Source of the DNA: Coleofasciculus chthonoplastes F2-STO-03
GTDB lineage: Bacteria; Cyanobacteriota; Cyanobacteriia; Cyanobacteriales; Coleofasciculaceae
DNA: 64,000 nt
Direction of reading: 5' to 3'
Assembly (NCBI GenBank): GCA_040222015.1
Contig: JAVJWO010000052.1
Span: 32,001 to 96,000, forward strand
Both the position numbers and the translations under genes were made by a program. The stretch's first letter is position 1. Each line of letters starts with the position of its first letter. This document shows positions 49,843 to 59,195 of this stretch, one piece after another. Under the pieces are notes generated by a model. It was not told where the DNA came from, ran no database searches, and saw only the letters and a list, made by a program, of their open reading frames with translations.

Positions 49843-51600
49843 CTAATCCCGCAAACAATCCGCCGACAAAACAACCAACCCCTCCCCCTCAAACACCCTA
49901 CATCCTTCCATCCTCTCCACCAAAACCGGAACCCCTCCCCCTGCCAGACTCAACCTCGCCCTCGTCGCCGCCAACTCATACTCTTGAATCCAACGATTAC
50001 CCATCACATACTCCAGCGTAAACGCCCCCCGTTCCACTAACCATAAATCAACCCCATACCGCCGAATAAAATCTTGCACCCTTCCCTCATCTAAACTATA
50101 CTGAGCCTCAATCAAATCAACCGTCCGCTGATACATTTCATTGTAATAATCCAAATGATAAGGCAACGCATAACCTTCCCCCCCCACTAAAATCGTCCGC
50201 TGGGCAAACGTCGGTAAACTATTCGCTTCCTCCGTCAACGAAGCAATTACCGTATCCTTCGGTTGTTGTTGTAAAAACACATAAAGTTCCGGCATAGTTC
50301 CCACCGTGTAACGACGAATCGGAAACGGATAATCATGCGCTTGCAAAATACTGGGATAAAAAAGTAGAATAGCCATCAAACCCCCCGTAAACCCAACCCC
50401 CAAAAGCGGTTTCCCTTTAGTTTGAGCCACCAGTAAAACTGTATCCAATAAAATAGTCAGCGCCACAGCCGCCGCCAACGCCACCAAAATCCGTAAACTA
50501 TGTTCCGTATACCGATTCGGAAGATGTAGCTTAAATAGAAACAAATGAGCCGCGACAAACATGGCAATCGATACCAACAGCATCTGAGGTAACAGCCAAA
50601 TACCCCCACTCACCCGTTTAACTAAAGGAAACCGAGAGGGATAGTTCAACAGAAACGGCAACGAAAAACTCACCCAAACCTGTGGCGGTACTAAAAGAAT
50701 CGAATACTTTGCCATCAACCGACACCATTCCGTCGGTAGCATCCCACTACGCTTACCACAAACCCAGTAATTCCAGGGGTCATCATTAAAAAAACTTGAC
50801 CATCCTTTAGCCGAAAAAGCAGGTAAACTCCTTGCTTGTGTCACCGTAATTACAGAACCAAATTCTGACGGGTTTAAATAGGGGAAAAGAACCACAAATG
50901 CGACTCCTAATCCCCACCCACAGAACCAATAATCTGAGCGCACTGGCGATAACTGAAACCGCCCTTGTTCCCACCGCCCTAGCTGAACAATCAACAAAAA
51001 AGCCACAATAAAGACACACTGAGGATAAAATACCCCCAAAAGTGCGATCGCGACAAGGGTTGGCAGTAACCATCGTCGCAACCGATAATACACAAAAGCG
51101 AGAAATAGGGGATAGACAAAGGCGACAGGTGTAGCCGATACTAAATCATCTCTCATCCAGAGATTTTGATTTAATAGTAATGATGCGATAAACCCCGCCA
51201 CGGGTACAGGCAAAATTTGTAGAGTAATACCAAAACAGTAGGCAGTAGCTACCAATCCTAACCCTAAGGGTAAAATCTTACTTAACGTCATCGGATCAAC
51301 ACCTACTGCGGCAAAAAGGCGGTAAAATGTTGCGTATCCCCAAGGTGCAACCGATTGAAAATAATCGGCAATCAAATCCCCAGGAAACAACTGTGAATCC
51401 AGAAACCGACGCATCCAAAAAATATGCTGTCGCGCATCATCCTGCACAATATAGTCATGACTCAACGCCTCTTGTAGTGCCGGATATGCATAAATAGCGG
51501 CAAAAGTCAAGCTCAAACTCAACCAAAACACCTGCTGAGTGCGAGAGACTTTGCCCGTAAGTAGGTGGGAAAAGTTAAAGTTAACGGCTCTTATCGTCAT
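49843..51600 (-). CDS. DDARQH family membrane protein, paralog 5
   Basis: VQDDARQHIFWMRRF, HLPNRYTEHSLR, GYALPYH. Confidence 0.75.
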   Translation of the reverse strand: MTIRAVNFNFSHLLTGKVSRTQQVFWLSLSLTFAAIYAYPALQEALSHDYIVQDDARQHIFWMRRFLDSQLFPGDLIADYFQSVAPWGYATFYRLFAAVGVDPMTLSKILPLGLGLVATAYCFGITLQILPVPVAGFIASLLLNQNLWMRDDLVSATPVAFVYPLFLAFVYYRLRRWLLPTLVAIALLGVFYPQCVFIVAFLLIVQLGRWEQGRFQLSPVRSDYWFCGWGLGVAFVVLFPYLNPSEFGSVITVTQARSLPAFSAKGWSSFFNDDPWNYWVCGKRSGMLPTEWCRLMAKYSILLVPPQVWVSFSLPFLLNYPSRFPLVKRVSGGIWLLPQMLLVSIAMFVAAHLFLFKLHLPNRYTEHSLRILVALAAAVALTILLDTVLLVAQTKGKPLLGVGFTGGLMAILLFYPSILQAHDYPFPIRRYTVGTMPELYVFLQQQPKDTVIASLTEEANSLPTFAQRTILVGGEGYALPYHLDYYNEMYQRTVDLIEAQYSLDEGRVQDFIRRYGVDLWLVERGAFTLEYVMGNRWIQEYELAATRARLSLAGGGVPVLVERMEGCRVFEGEGLVVLSADCLRD

Positions 51601-51866
51601 TTGTCATTTGTCATTTGTCATTTGTCATTTGTTTCTTGTTCATGGTTCATTGGTCATTCGTCTTATGTGTAAAGCAATGTCCGACTATTTACCGCCACAT
51701 TTGGCATACCCCATCAATTCTAATTCTATTGATATCAATTGAACCGTAGGGGCGACCCGCTGCAAAAATGAACACAATTCACCCATAAACCTTATCGGGT
51801 CGCCCTGCATCAGGTATCAGAAAAACCAATAAAAATCGACATGAACCATTGCCTAAAATTAAACCG
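51596..51866 (-). mobile_element. About 270-bp composite dispersed element, copy B; STRR tail overlaps the start codon at 51600
   Basis: Homologous to 32620-32871; (GTCATTT)x5 at 51596-51630. Confidence 0.75.
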
Positions 51867-51916
51867 TTATAGCCTTACAAAGGCAGGTTAAGACATTCTG
51901 TACTATTGCCTGTTCC

Positions 51917-53554
51917 CTATTCCAAAGACCTAGCATAGAGAATATAACGCGAATTTTGATACGCGATCGCAAAATCTAGAGGGTGAGTGCTACTCGTCAG
52001 CAGATAATCAGCGCCATACTTATTCATCACAGCCTGGGCTTGGTCGGTTGTTAAGCTGTTATAACCAGCCCTAAGCGCCTGCTTCATCTTACTGAACGTA
52101 ACTCGTTCACCCGGTTGGGGCCAAGGGTTGAGTGTACCACTCAAGTCAGTGAGACGTTCATACCAGTCCAACACTCCCACTTTCGTCGGGGGGATAAACT
52201 TAAATTTGGCAACAGTGGGGCGTTCTGCCACCCAAGTAAAGGGGGTAAGTTCTGCGGGGGGTGTAACAATCAGCGCATCATCAGGGGTGTTCGTGCGAAT
52301 CCAATCACTTATAGCCTTGCCTTCCGGCTCTATCCCCTGTTGTTCACTGGGAAACTCAGATAGTGCAACGAAAGCTTGGTGAAATTCTACCGCCTGAACA
52401 GTACAAGCCCCACTCAATAACACAATACAAACAAATAACAAAATGGGTCGTGCTTTACCGATAAAGCTTTGCTCCAGGGCGCAAGCAAATAGCAGACAAG
52501 TATTTAGGGGTAACATCACATCCCCCAGCCGAAACGGGTAATATTGTAAGAACGTACCCTGAGCATCAAACGGCGCGATCGCGAGTCCTAAACCAAAGGG
52601 TATCAACGTCAGTAGCGTGAACTCCGCCAACCCCATCCGCACTGCATGTTCCTGAGACTGTCGCTGGCGCCAAAGTATGCCCACACTCAGCGCCAACACT
52701 AGCAAGTAGACAGCAGGTTTTATCCACCATTCCGCCGACCAATAAAGGGGATTTAGGTGATGAGGAGTACGGATAAACACATAAACATAGGATGGTTCAA
52801 TAGCACCTGTAGGACTAGGTGTCAATAAATGTTCCAGAATCGTGTAAATCGATAGCGCACTGGCGATTAGATAAATCGCGACAACGGAACCCAGATAGCG
52901 AATACTTCTAAAATGGCGGTGGCGTCTGAGTAGCAACCATCCTCCTATCACCAGAGACGCCCAACCCCCGACAAAAATGTGGAAGAATGTAGCTAGCCCC
53001 AAAAGAAGTGCCATCAGGCGATAGTGACCCGTTAACATCAGCCCAATAGCGAACAGCAATAAACCGTAAGCTACAGCTTTCGGCTCAACTCCTCCCACCA
53101 ACCATTCACGGGCAACTACCCCTTGATGGTCATCCACATAGAGAAATAAGCCAACCGCCAACAGCAGCAACGGCAAACTCAACCCCAGCTTTCGACCCAG
53201 AAACACTAACCCTGAAGCCATTAAGGTGTAACACAACAGCCGCCCGATTAAAGACGTGGCTAAAAACCCCCAAGCCGCCGCCATTGAGCCAAACAACGCC
53301 AGGAAGGGGATGCGATAGCCCGGAGGCTGATTGAGATACCAGTCGCCGGGAATCCAACTTGGGTCAGCATACTGTCTGGCAAAGGGTAAAATATTGACTT
53401 CATTACCGCCGCCCATATTGCCATCCAGCAGGAACCCCAAACTGAGGAATGCGGTGACGACCAAAATTTGAACGCTGACTTGCTTCCAGTGGGTTCGTTC
53501 TTGATGAACCGGATTGGCTTGTATGGAATGGCTTGATATCGTCTCGTTGGTCAC
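51917..53554 (-). CDS. DUF6798-like polytopic membrane protein
   Basis: NEVNILP, WIPGDWYL, EPKAVAY, IRTPHHL, YPFRLGD, VAKFKFIP, LDWYERL. Confidence 0.7.
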   Translation of the reverse strand: MTNETISSHSIQANPVHQERTHWKQVSVQILVVTAFLSLGFLLDGNMGGGNEVNILPFARQYADPSWIPGDWYLNQPPGYRIPFLALFGSMAAAWGFLATSLIGRLLCYTLMASGLVFLGRKLGLSLPLLLLAVGLFLYVDDHQGVVAREWLVGGVEPKAVAYGLLLFAIGLMLTGHYRLMALLLGLATFFHIFVGGWASLVIGGWLLLRRHRHFRSIRYLGSVVAIYLIASALSIYTILEHLLTPSPTGAIEPSYVYVFIRTPHHLNPLYWSAEWWIKPAVYLLVLALSVGILWRQRQSQEHAVRMGLAEFTLLTLIPFGLGLAIAPFDAQGTFLQYYPFRLGDVMLPLNTCLLFACALEQSFIGKARPILLFVCIVLLSGACTVQAVEFHQAFVALSEFPSEQQGIEPEGKAISDWIRTNTPDDALIVTPPAELTPFTWVAERPTVAKFKFIPPTKVGVLDWYERLTDLSGTLNPWPQPGERVTFSKMKQALRAGYNSLTTDQAQAVMNKYGADYLLTSSTHPLDFAIAYQNSRYILYARSLE

Positions 53555-53776
53555 TGGCGTGATACTTCCCCAAATTAAACCCTAATCGTTGCCAAGTATA
53601 GTATTGTCAGCGTCTCGTGAATAGCTCTTTTCTACATAACCCCGTTGATGTGTCGGGGCGGACGCGAGAAATTAATCGGGATTGTTTCCCCTACCTGGAA
53701 TGCTAAACTTGCCTTGATCATCCGATCAAACGGTATCAGCTTAAGCAATCCCGACGTTTATAAGAGGAATTCAAGT

Positions 53777-54781
53777 GTGGTCAACATTTTAGTCACAGGT
53801 GCCGCCGGCTTTATCGGATACCACCTCAGTCAACGATTACTTGCCCAGGGTGATACCGTGATTGGACTGGATAACCTGAATGCGTACTATGATGTCTCCC
53901 TCAAACAGGCTCGACTGGCGCAACTGGAGAACCAACCTGGGTTTCGCTTTTATAAACTCGACTTAGCCGATAGAGAGGGAATTGCCCAGTTATTTACCCA
54001 AGAATCCTTCGAGTGTGTCATCCATTTGGCGGCGCAGGCGGGGGTTCGCTATTCCTTGAAAAACCCCTACGCCTATGTGGATAGTAACTTGGTGGGTTTT
54101 ACCAATATCCTGGAAGGATGTCGCCATTCCGACATCAAGCATCTGGTGTTTGCTTCATCCAGTTCGGTGTACGGTGCGAATACGAAAGTGCCGTTTTCAG
54201 TACAGGATAATGTCGATTGTCCCATTAGCCTCTATGCGGCTACTAAGAAAGCGAATGAATTAATGGCTCATGCCTATAGTCATTTGTACAACATCCCGAC
54301 AACTGGCTTGCGCTTCTTTACAGTCTATGGGTCGTGGTATCGTCCCGATATGGCATTATTTTTATTTACCAAAGCGATTCTCGCTGAACAGCCGATTAAT
54401 GTGTTCAATTATGGTCGGATGCAACGGGATTTTACCTACGTTGATGATGTTGTCGAGGGGGTGGTGCGAGTCATGGGTAAAATTCCGCCGCCGGAAGCAT
54501 CAGGAAATGCTTTACCTGGTTCGAGAAGTTCTGCTCCTTACAAACTCTACAACATTGGCAATAATCAACCGATTGAATTGCTACAACTCATCGAAACCCT
54601 CGAACAATGTTTGGGCAAAACGGCTGTGAAAAATATGCTACCTATGCAACCGGGAGATGTGCCGATTACTTATGCGGATGTGGATGATTTAATGCAAGAG
54701 GTGGGATTTAGACCGAATACGCCGATTGAAGTGGGTGTGGAACGTTTTGTTCAATGGTATCGGTCTTACTACAATATTTAG
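53777..54781 (+). CDS. NAD-dependent epimerase, UDP-glucuronate 4-epimerase type
   Basis: TGAAGFIG, HLAAQAGVRYS, YAATK, RPDMA, MQPGDV; GTG start at 53777. Confidence 0.9.
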   Translation: MVNILVTGAAGFIGYHLSQRLLAQGDTVIGLDNLNAYYDVSLKQARLAQLENQPGFRFYKLDLADREGIAQLFTQESFECVIHLAAQAGVRYSLKNPYAYVDSNLVGFTNILEGCRHSDIKHLVFASSSSVYGANTKVPFSVQDNVDCPISLYAATKKANELMAHAYSHLYNIPTTGLRFFTVYGSWYRPDMALFLFTKAILAEQPINVFNYGRMQRDFTYVDDVVEGVVRVMGKIPPPEASGNALPGSRSSAPYKLYNIGNNQPIELLQLIETLEQCLGKTAVKNMLPMQPGDVPITYADVDDLMQEVGFRPNTPIEVGVERFVQWYRSYYNI

Positions 54782-54800
54782 GGGCTGCTGAATAAGTTTG

Positions 54801-54980
54801 GGGAACAGGGAACAGGGAACAGGGAACAGTTTCAACCCCCTGTTGGGGGTAAATTTTGCCATCGCGGAGGCTTACAAGCCAAGGATGCAAGATCTCAAAA
54901 GTCAAAAATAATATTTAATCGGGGCGGGTTTAGTCGCATCTAGGTGCAACAGAAATGATAGTAGTGAAACCCGCCCCTAC
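54801..54980. repeat. (GGGAACA)x4 and a long-loop GTAG hairpin
   Basis: Heptamers at 54801-54828; GGGCGGGTTT-35 nt-AAACCCGCCCCTAC at 54922-54980. Confidence 0.8.
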
Positions 54981-55003
54981 ACAGGTGAAGGTTTAAACCT
55001 TTT

Positions 55004-57364
55004 TTATTCGTGATTCTTCTGTTCGTCATCCGGCTGGATGTTTTCCTCCATCCGCTTAAGCAATAGCTGTTTCGCTTTGAGGATATCGGATTCGGTTCCA
55101 GTTGCATAATGATTGTGATAGTAGTAGTAAGACCGGGTGGTATACCCTTTAACACCATTGGCAACCACTCCTAACACGGTGGCGTTAGAGATTCTCATAC
55201 TATCTAGGGCTTGCATTAACGCCGAGCGATCGCTCTTACCCAAGCCCACCACCATCATCACACCATCAGCGTGAGCCGCCAAGAGACGACCATCTGCTAG
55301 TCCTAACACAGGTGGTGTATCGTAAATCACTAGGTCAAAAACCGCATGAAATTGTTCCATCAAATGTTGCATCTTCTTGGAACACAACAGCCGACTGGGA
55401 TCAGGGGGGACTTGACCGGCGGTGAGGACATACAACCGATCCCACATCGGTAGGCGCTGGATTGCTTGTTTTGCTGTCAGTCCAGTGGCAATCACGTTAC
55501 TTAAGCCGACCTGGTTATCCAGATTCAAATAGTGATGCACCTGAGGGCGGCGTAAGTCCGCATCCACCAGCAACACTCGTTGACCCATGGCGGCGGCGGC
55601 TTGGGCGAGGTGAACGGAAACAGTGGATTTTCCTTCTGAGGGGGTGGCTGAACTAATAACGATGGAGTGAACAGGTGTATCGCTACCCAGAAACCGAATA
55701 TTCGTTTGGAGGGAACGGAATGATTCTAAGAAGGGAGACGCATTGTAGCTTCGGGATGAACGGCGAGATTTTTCACCATTGGCGGAAGGGGAAGCTGATG
55801 CTACCTGGCTTAAGTTTGCCGTAGACATCATCTGTTGTTTAAGTTGTTTTTGGTAGGGAATAATGCCCAGTAGAGGCAGTTTGGTTAAGTCTTTGAGTTC
55901 ATCGGGAGAATGGAAGACATTATCCAAACGTTCGATCAGCAAAGCCATGCCCATGCCTAACAATAACCCAGCGATCGCACCTAATGTGATATTGCGCTGG
56001 GTATTGGGCCACACGGGGACTTGGGGGACTTCTGGCTTTAATATAATCTGCCAGGGTAAGGCTTTCTGGGCGGCTTCAATTTCCAGATTTTCCCGCACCG
56101 CCAGAAAGCGATTTAAGCTATCGGTAGCGACTTGGAGTTCTCGCTGGAAATCTGTGTAGCGGCGGGCGATAACGGGAATTTGTTTAACCTGGAGGTTGAG
56201 CAGTTGAGCCGATCGCGCGATCGCACTTTGTTTGACTTGCAAGACTTGCAGTTGATTAGTCGCTTGCACCAGTTGCTGGGTCAAGTTTGTGCGAATCGAA
56301 TTGGGAGAAGCACCGGACACCCCAGCCTCGCTTAGGCTGACGCCCAAAACGTTTTGGGATTCTTGGCTAAGTAAAGGTAAGAGATTATCCCGTTTCTGGC
56401 GTAAGGCTTGCATCGTGGGACTTTGTGGCGTAAACCTTGCCGATTCTAGGGCGATCTGGGATTCAAGTTCCGCGAGTTGGTTGAGTAACTGTTGGTAGCG
56501 AGGGGCTTCACTGAGGCTGACTGTGGCAATTGCTTGCTGGGGTGATAATCCCAACTGTTGTAAGAGCGTGTTATAAAGCGATCGGGTTTCTTGATACTCA
56601 ACCTGAGTTTGTAACTGCTGCTGTTCGATCGCGCTCACCCGTTGGGATAACTCTTGGGCTTGGATTTCCGGGTCGAGGAGGTTATGTTGTTGGCGAAAGG
56701 CTTGCAATTGTCCTTGCAGTTTATTCACGCGATCGCGCAGCACGGGTAATTGGTCATCAACAAACTGAATTCCCTGTTTCAGGTTCAGTTGTCGCTCTTG
56801 CAGGGAGTAACGTAGATAGCCTCGAGCGACTTCGTGTAAAACCCGCCGCACTCTTTCCGGCTCAGTATCCCGATAACGCCCTTCCAGGATCTTGGTGTCC
56901 CCCAGTCGGCTGACAATTAGCTGACTCATTAAGGACTCGTAACTGACCTCAGGATAATGCTTGTGGATCTCTTGGACAATAGCCTCCATTAGCTGAGGAG
57001 AGCGTAACACCTGAATCTGGGTATCATAATCCAGTGTGGAATTCCGTCCATCACCGCCACCCACTGCTTCCGTGAGTTTGTCTAAGTCTCCTTCTTCCGT
57101 GACGGGTTCAACCAACAGTTGAAACTTGCTCTCATACTTAGGGGTTTGATTCAACGTCCAAAAACTGATTCCCGAGGTCACCGCGATCGCGACTCCAGCA
57201 ATCACTAAAGCCCGACGCCGAATCACGTTGACTAACTGTCGCAATGTCCATTCATCAGGCTCGGGTTCCGGAGGTGGAGTCCGGTAGACCATCGGTGGTG
57301 CATACTGCGGGTGTTTTCCATTACCATTAGGCGATAATGGTGGTTGAATCTGACCGATCTCCAT
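55004..57364 (-). CDS. wzc: Polysaccharide co-polymerase / tyrosine autokinase (Wzc/GumC)
   Basis: Two TM segments flanking a coiled coil; PSEGKST, VDADLRRP, IYDTPP; Tyr cluster SYYYYHNHY. Confidence 0.92.
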   Translation of the reverse strand: MEIGQIQPPLSPNGNGKHPQYAPPMVYRTPPPEPEPDEWTLRQLVNVIRRRALVIAGVAIAVTSGISFWTLNQTPKYESKFQLLVEPVTEEGDLDKLTEAVGGGDGRNSTLDYDTQIQVLRSPQLMEAIVQEIHKHYPEVSYESLMSQLIVSRLGDTKILEGRYRDTEPERVRRVLHEVARGYLRYSLQERQLNLKQGIQFVDDQLPVLRDRVNKLQGQLQAFRQQHNLLDPEIQAQELSQRVSAIEQQQLQTQVEYQETRSLYNTLLQQLGLSPQQAIATVSLSEAPRYQQLLNQLAELESQIALESARFTPQSPTMQALRQKRDNLLPLLSQESQNVLGVSLSEAGVSGASPNSIRTNLTQQLVQATNQLQVLQVKQSAIARSAQLLNLQVKQIPVIARRYTDFQRELQVATDSLNRFLAVRENLEIEAAQKALPWQIILKPEVPQVPVWPNTQRNITLGAIAGLLLGMGMALLIERLDNVFHSPDELKDLTKLPLLGIIPYQKQLKQQMMSTANLSQVASASPSANGEKSRRSSRSYNASPFLESFRSLQTNIRFLGSDTPVHSIVISSATPSEGKSTVSVHLAQAAAAMGQRVLLVDADLRRPQVHHYLNLDNQVGLSNVIATGLTAKQAIQRLPMWDRLYVLTAGQVPPDPSRLLCSKKMQHLMEQFHAVFDLVIYDTPPVLGLADGRLLAAHADGVMMVVGLGKSDRSALMQALDSMRISNATVLGVVANGVKGYTTRSYYYYHNHYATGTESDILKAKQLLLKRMEENIQPDDEQKNHE

Positions 57365-57589
57365 CTTCCCCCTACTCCTTCTGCGTGGATTGAGCGCGTT
57401 CGTCAAAAAATCATTTTACCTTGTTTAATTGTGTACCAGGTTGGCTCAAAATCGTCACGAATACCGCTGAAATTTACAAATTTGATCGGAGTAGGGAATC
57501 AGCCATCAACAATCCAATTCCTCAAAAACGGTAACAGAAGCAACAATATCCCTCTTTTCTGTAGAGACGTGCCATGGCACGTCTCTACT

Positions 57590-59107
57590 CTAAAATCCAA
57601 AAAATCTAAACACCGAAAACACGCTGCCAATAGGACTGACAATTGTCCCCAAAGTATCCGTGACTCGGGTCAAACCGGAACGTCTGACAATAATCACATC
57701 ATTGGGGCGCAATGGCGGATTGCTTTCATCGTTAACATCGGCAGTAAAATCCACCTCGATTTCCCGTTTTTGCACGGTGCCATTGGGTTGGAGACGAATC
57801 AACTCCACAGAACTCTTACGGGCGCGACGGTTATCAAATCCGCCCGCTGCTAACAGGGCTTGATTCAAGGGTGAGTTAGCCGCAATGGAGACTCTACCGG
57901 CTCTCTGGACTTCTCCTACTACATTGACATTGATAATTGCCGCCGAGAAACTAGCAGATGCCAATTCCGTGGCTTCTGAAGCGGTCAGAGTTTCGGCTTC
58001 CGGGACTCTAATCGTGTCTCCCTGTTGCAAAATCACATCTTCGGCGAGATTTCCCTCTTGCAGGAGGTCCCAGAGATTGACAACGATTACTTGCTCAGAG
58101 CCATCTCTGGTGGTACGTCGCACTTCCACGTTACGAATATCGGCAGATTGTGTAATACCGCCCGCCACTTGAATCGCTTGAGTTACCGTTGGCGGTTCTG
58201 TACTACTACCACCACCGACATTACGATTACTGCCACTGGCACTGTCAGCTGTAGCGGCTCCCGATGTGGCAGCGGTTACGGTATAAGGACCCGGACGCAC
58301 CACTTCCCCGACGACGGCGACTTTAATAGGTTTGACCGCTTCGGCTGAAAAACTCGCAGTTGCTAGTTGACGGCTTTCCACGAGGTCAATTCCGGTAGTG
58401 GTGGGGATGAAGATTTCATCGCCATCTCGCAAGGTCACATCTTGGCTAAGATCGCCATTTTGCAATAACTGCCAGAGATTCACCGTATACCTTTGGCGGG
58501 TAGCTAAGTTAGTCAGGCGGCGGATTTGCACATTTCGGACATCAGCCGAGCGAGTAATGCCGCCAGCCACCTGAATCACTTCAGTCACGCTAGGAAATTG
58601 TTGTCCTTCGTTGAGGGTGACGTTGTAGGAACCCGGACGATTGACTTCCCCACCGACAGCAATTTTTAGGGGGCGAGCATCAATCAGGGTTAAGGTGACT
58701 AAAGGGCGTCTGACAAAGGGAGCATATCGCTGAGAAATCCGTTCACTAGCTTCATTGATGCTTAACCCTTTGACAGGGATACTGCCAGCAACGGGTAAAT
58801 TGAGGGTACCATCAACTAAAACCTGGTATTCTCCAGTGTATTCGGGAACATCAAAGATCGTTACGCCCACGCGATCGCCTGCTCCGAGGGTATAAGGTAA
58901 GTCGGGTGGTGGATTCGTAACCGTCGTGGGTGCAAGGGGCGAAAATGTGGGGACTTGCGCCATTCCCGGAAGCGGTGCGGTTACGGCAAAAAAGGCGAAT
59001 AGGGTTAAACCTGCCACAGATGGCGTTAAATGCTTGCTCAAGTTGATCCTCTCGATCCCCATGGTGCGAAAATCATGAATGGGTCTTTTAATTCTCAGTT
59101 TAGTCAT
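57590..59107 (-). CDS. wza: Polysaccharide export protein with SLBB repeats (Wza-like)
   Basis: YTLGAGD, DGTLNLP, three V.GEV.R.G SLBB repeats; upstream of wzc. Confidence 0.88.
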   Translation of the reverse strand: MTKLRIKRPIHDFRTMGIERINLSKHLTPSVAGLTLFAFFAVTAPLPGMAQVPTFSPLAPTTVTNPPPDLPYTLGAGDRVGVTIFDVPEYTGEYQVLVDGTLNLPVAGSIPVKGLSINEASERISQRYAPFVRRPLVTLTLIDARPLKIAVGGEVNRPGSYNVTLNEGQQFPSVTEVIQVAGGITRSADVRNVQIRRLTNLATRQRYTVNLWQLLQNGDLSQDVTLRDGDEIFIPTTTGIDLVESRQLATASFSAEAVKPIKVAVVGEVVRPGPYTVTAATSGAATADSASGSNRNVGGGSSTEPPTVTQAIQVAGGITQSADIRNVEVRRTTRDGSEQVIVVNLWDLLQEGNLAEDVILQQGDTIRVPEAETLTASEATELASASFSAAIINVNVVGEVQRAGRVSIAANSPLNQALLAAGGFDNRRARKSSVELIRLQPNGTVQKREIEVDFTADVNDESNPPLRPNDVIIVRRSGLTRVTDTLGTIVSPIGSVFSVFRFFGF

Positions 59108-59195
59108 ATTTATTACAGATGTCTTGGTTCATTCGTGATCAGCTCACATTACCGTTGAAGCTAATGGGGACGAAAAAGTTCATTTTGCCAAACCG

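Noticed and set aside
57344..57853. 169-aa plus-strand ORF and the other antisense ORFs inside long genes
   Set aside because: Shadow ORFs without recognisable motifs; this one includes a translated palindrome (CRDVPWHVST)
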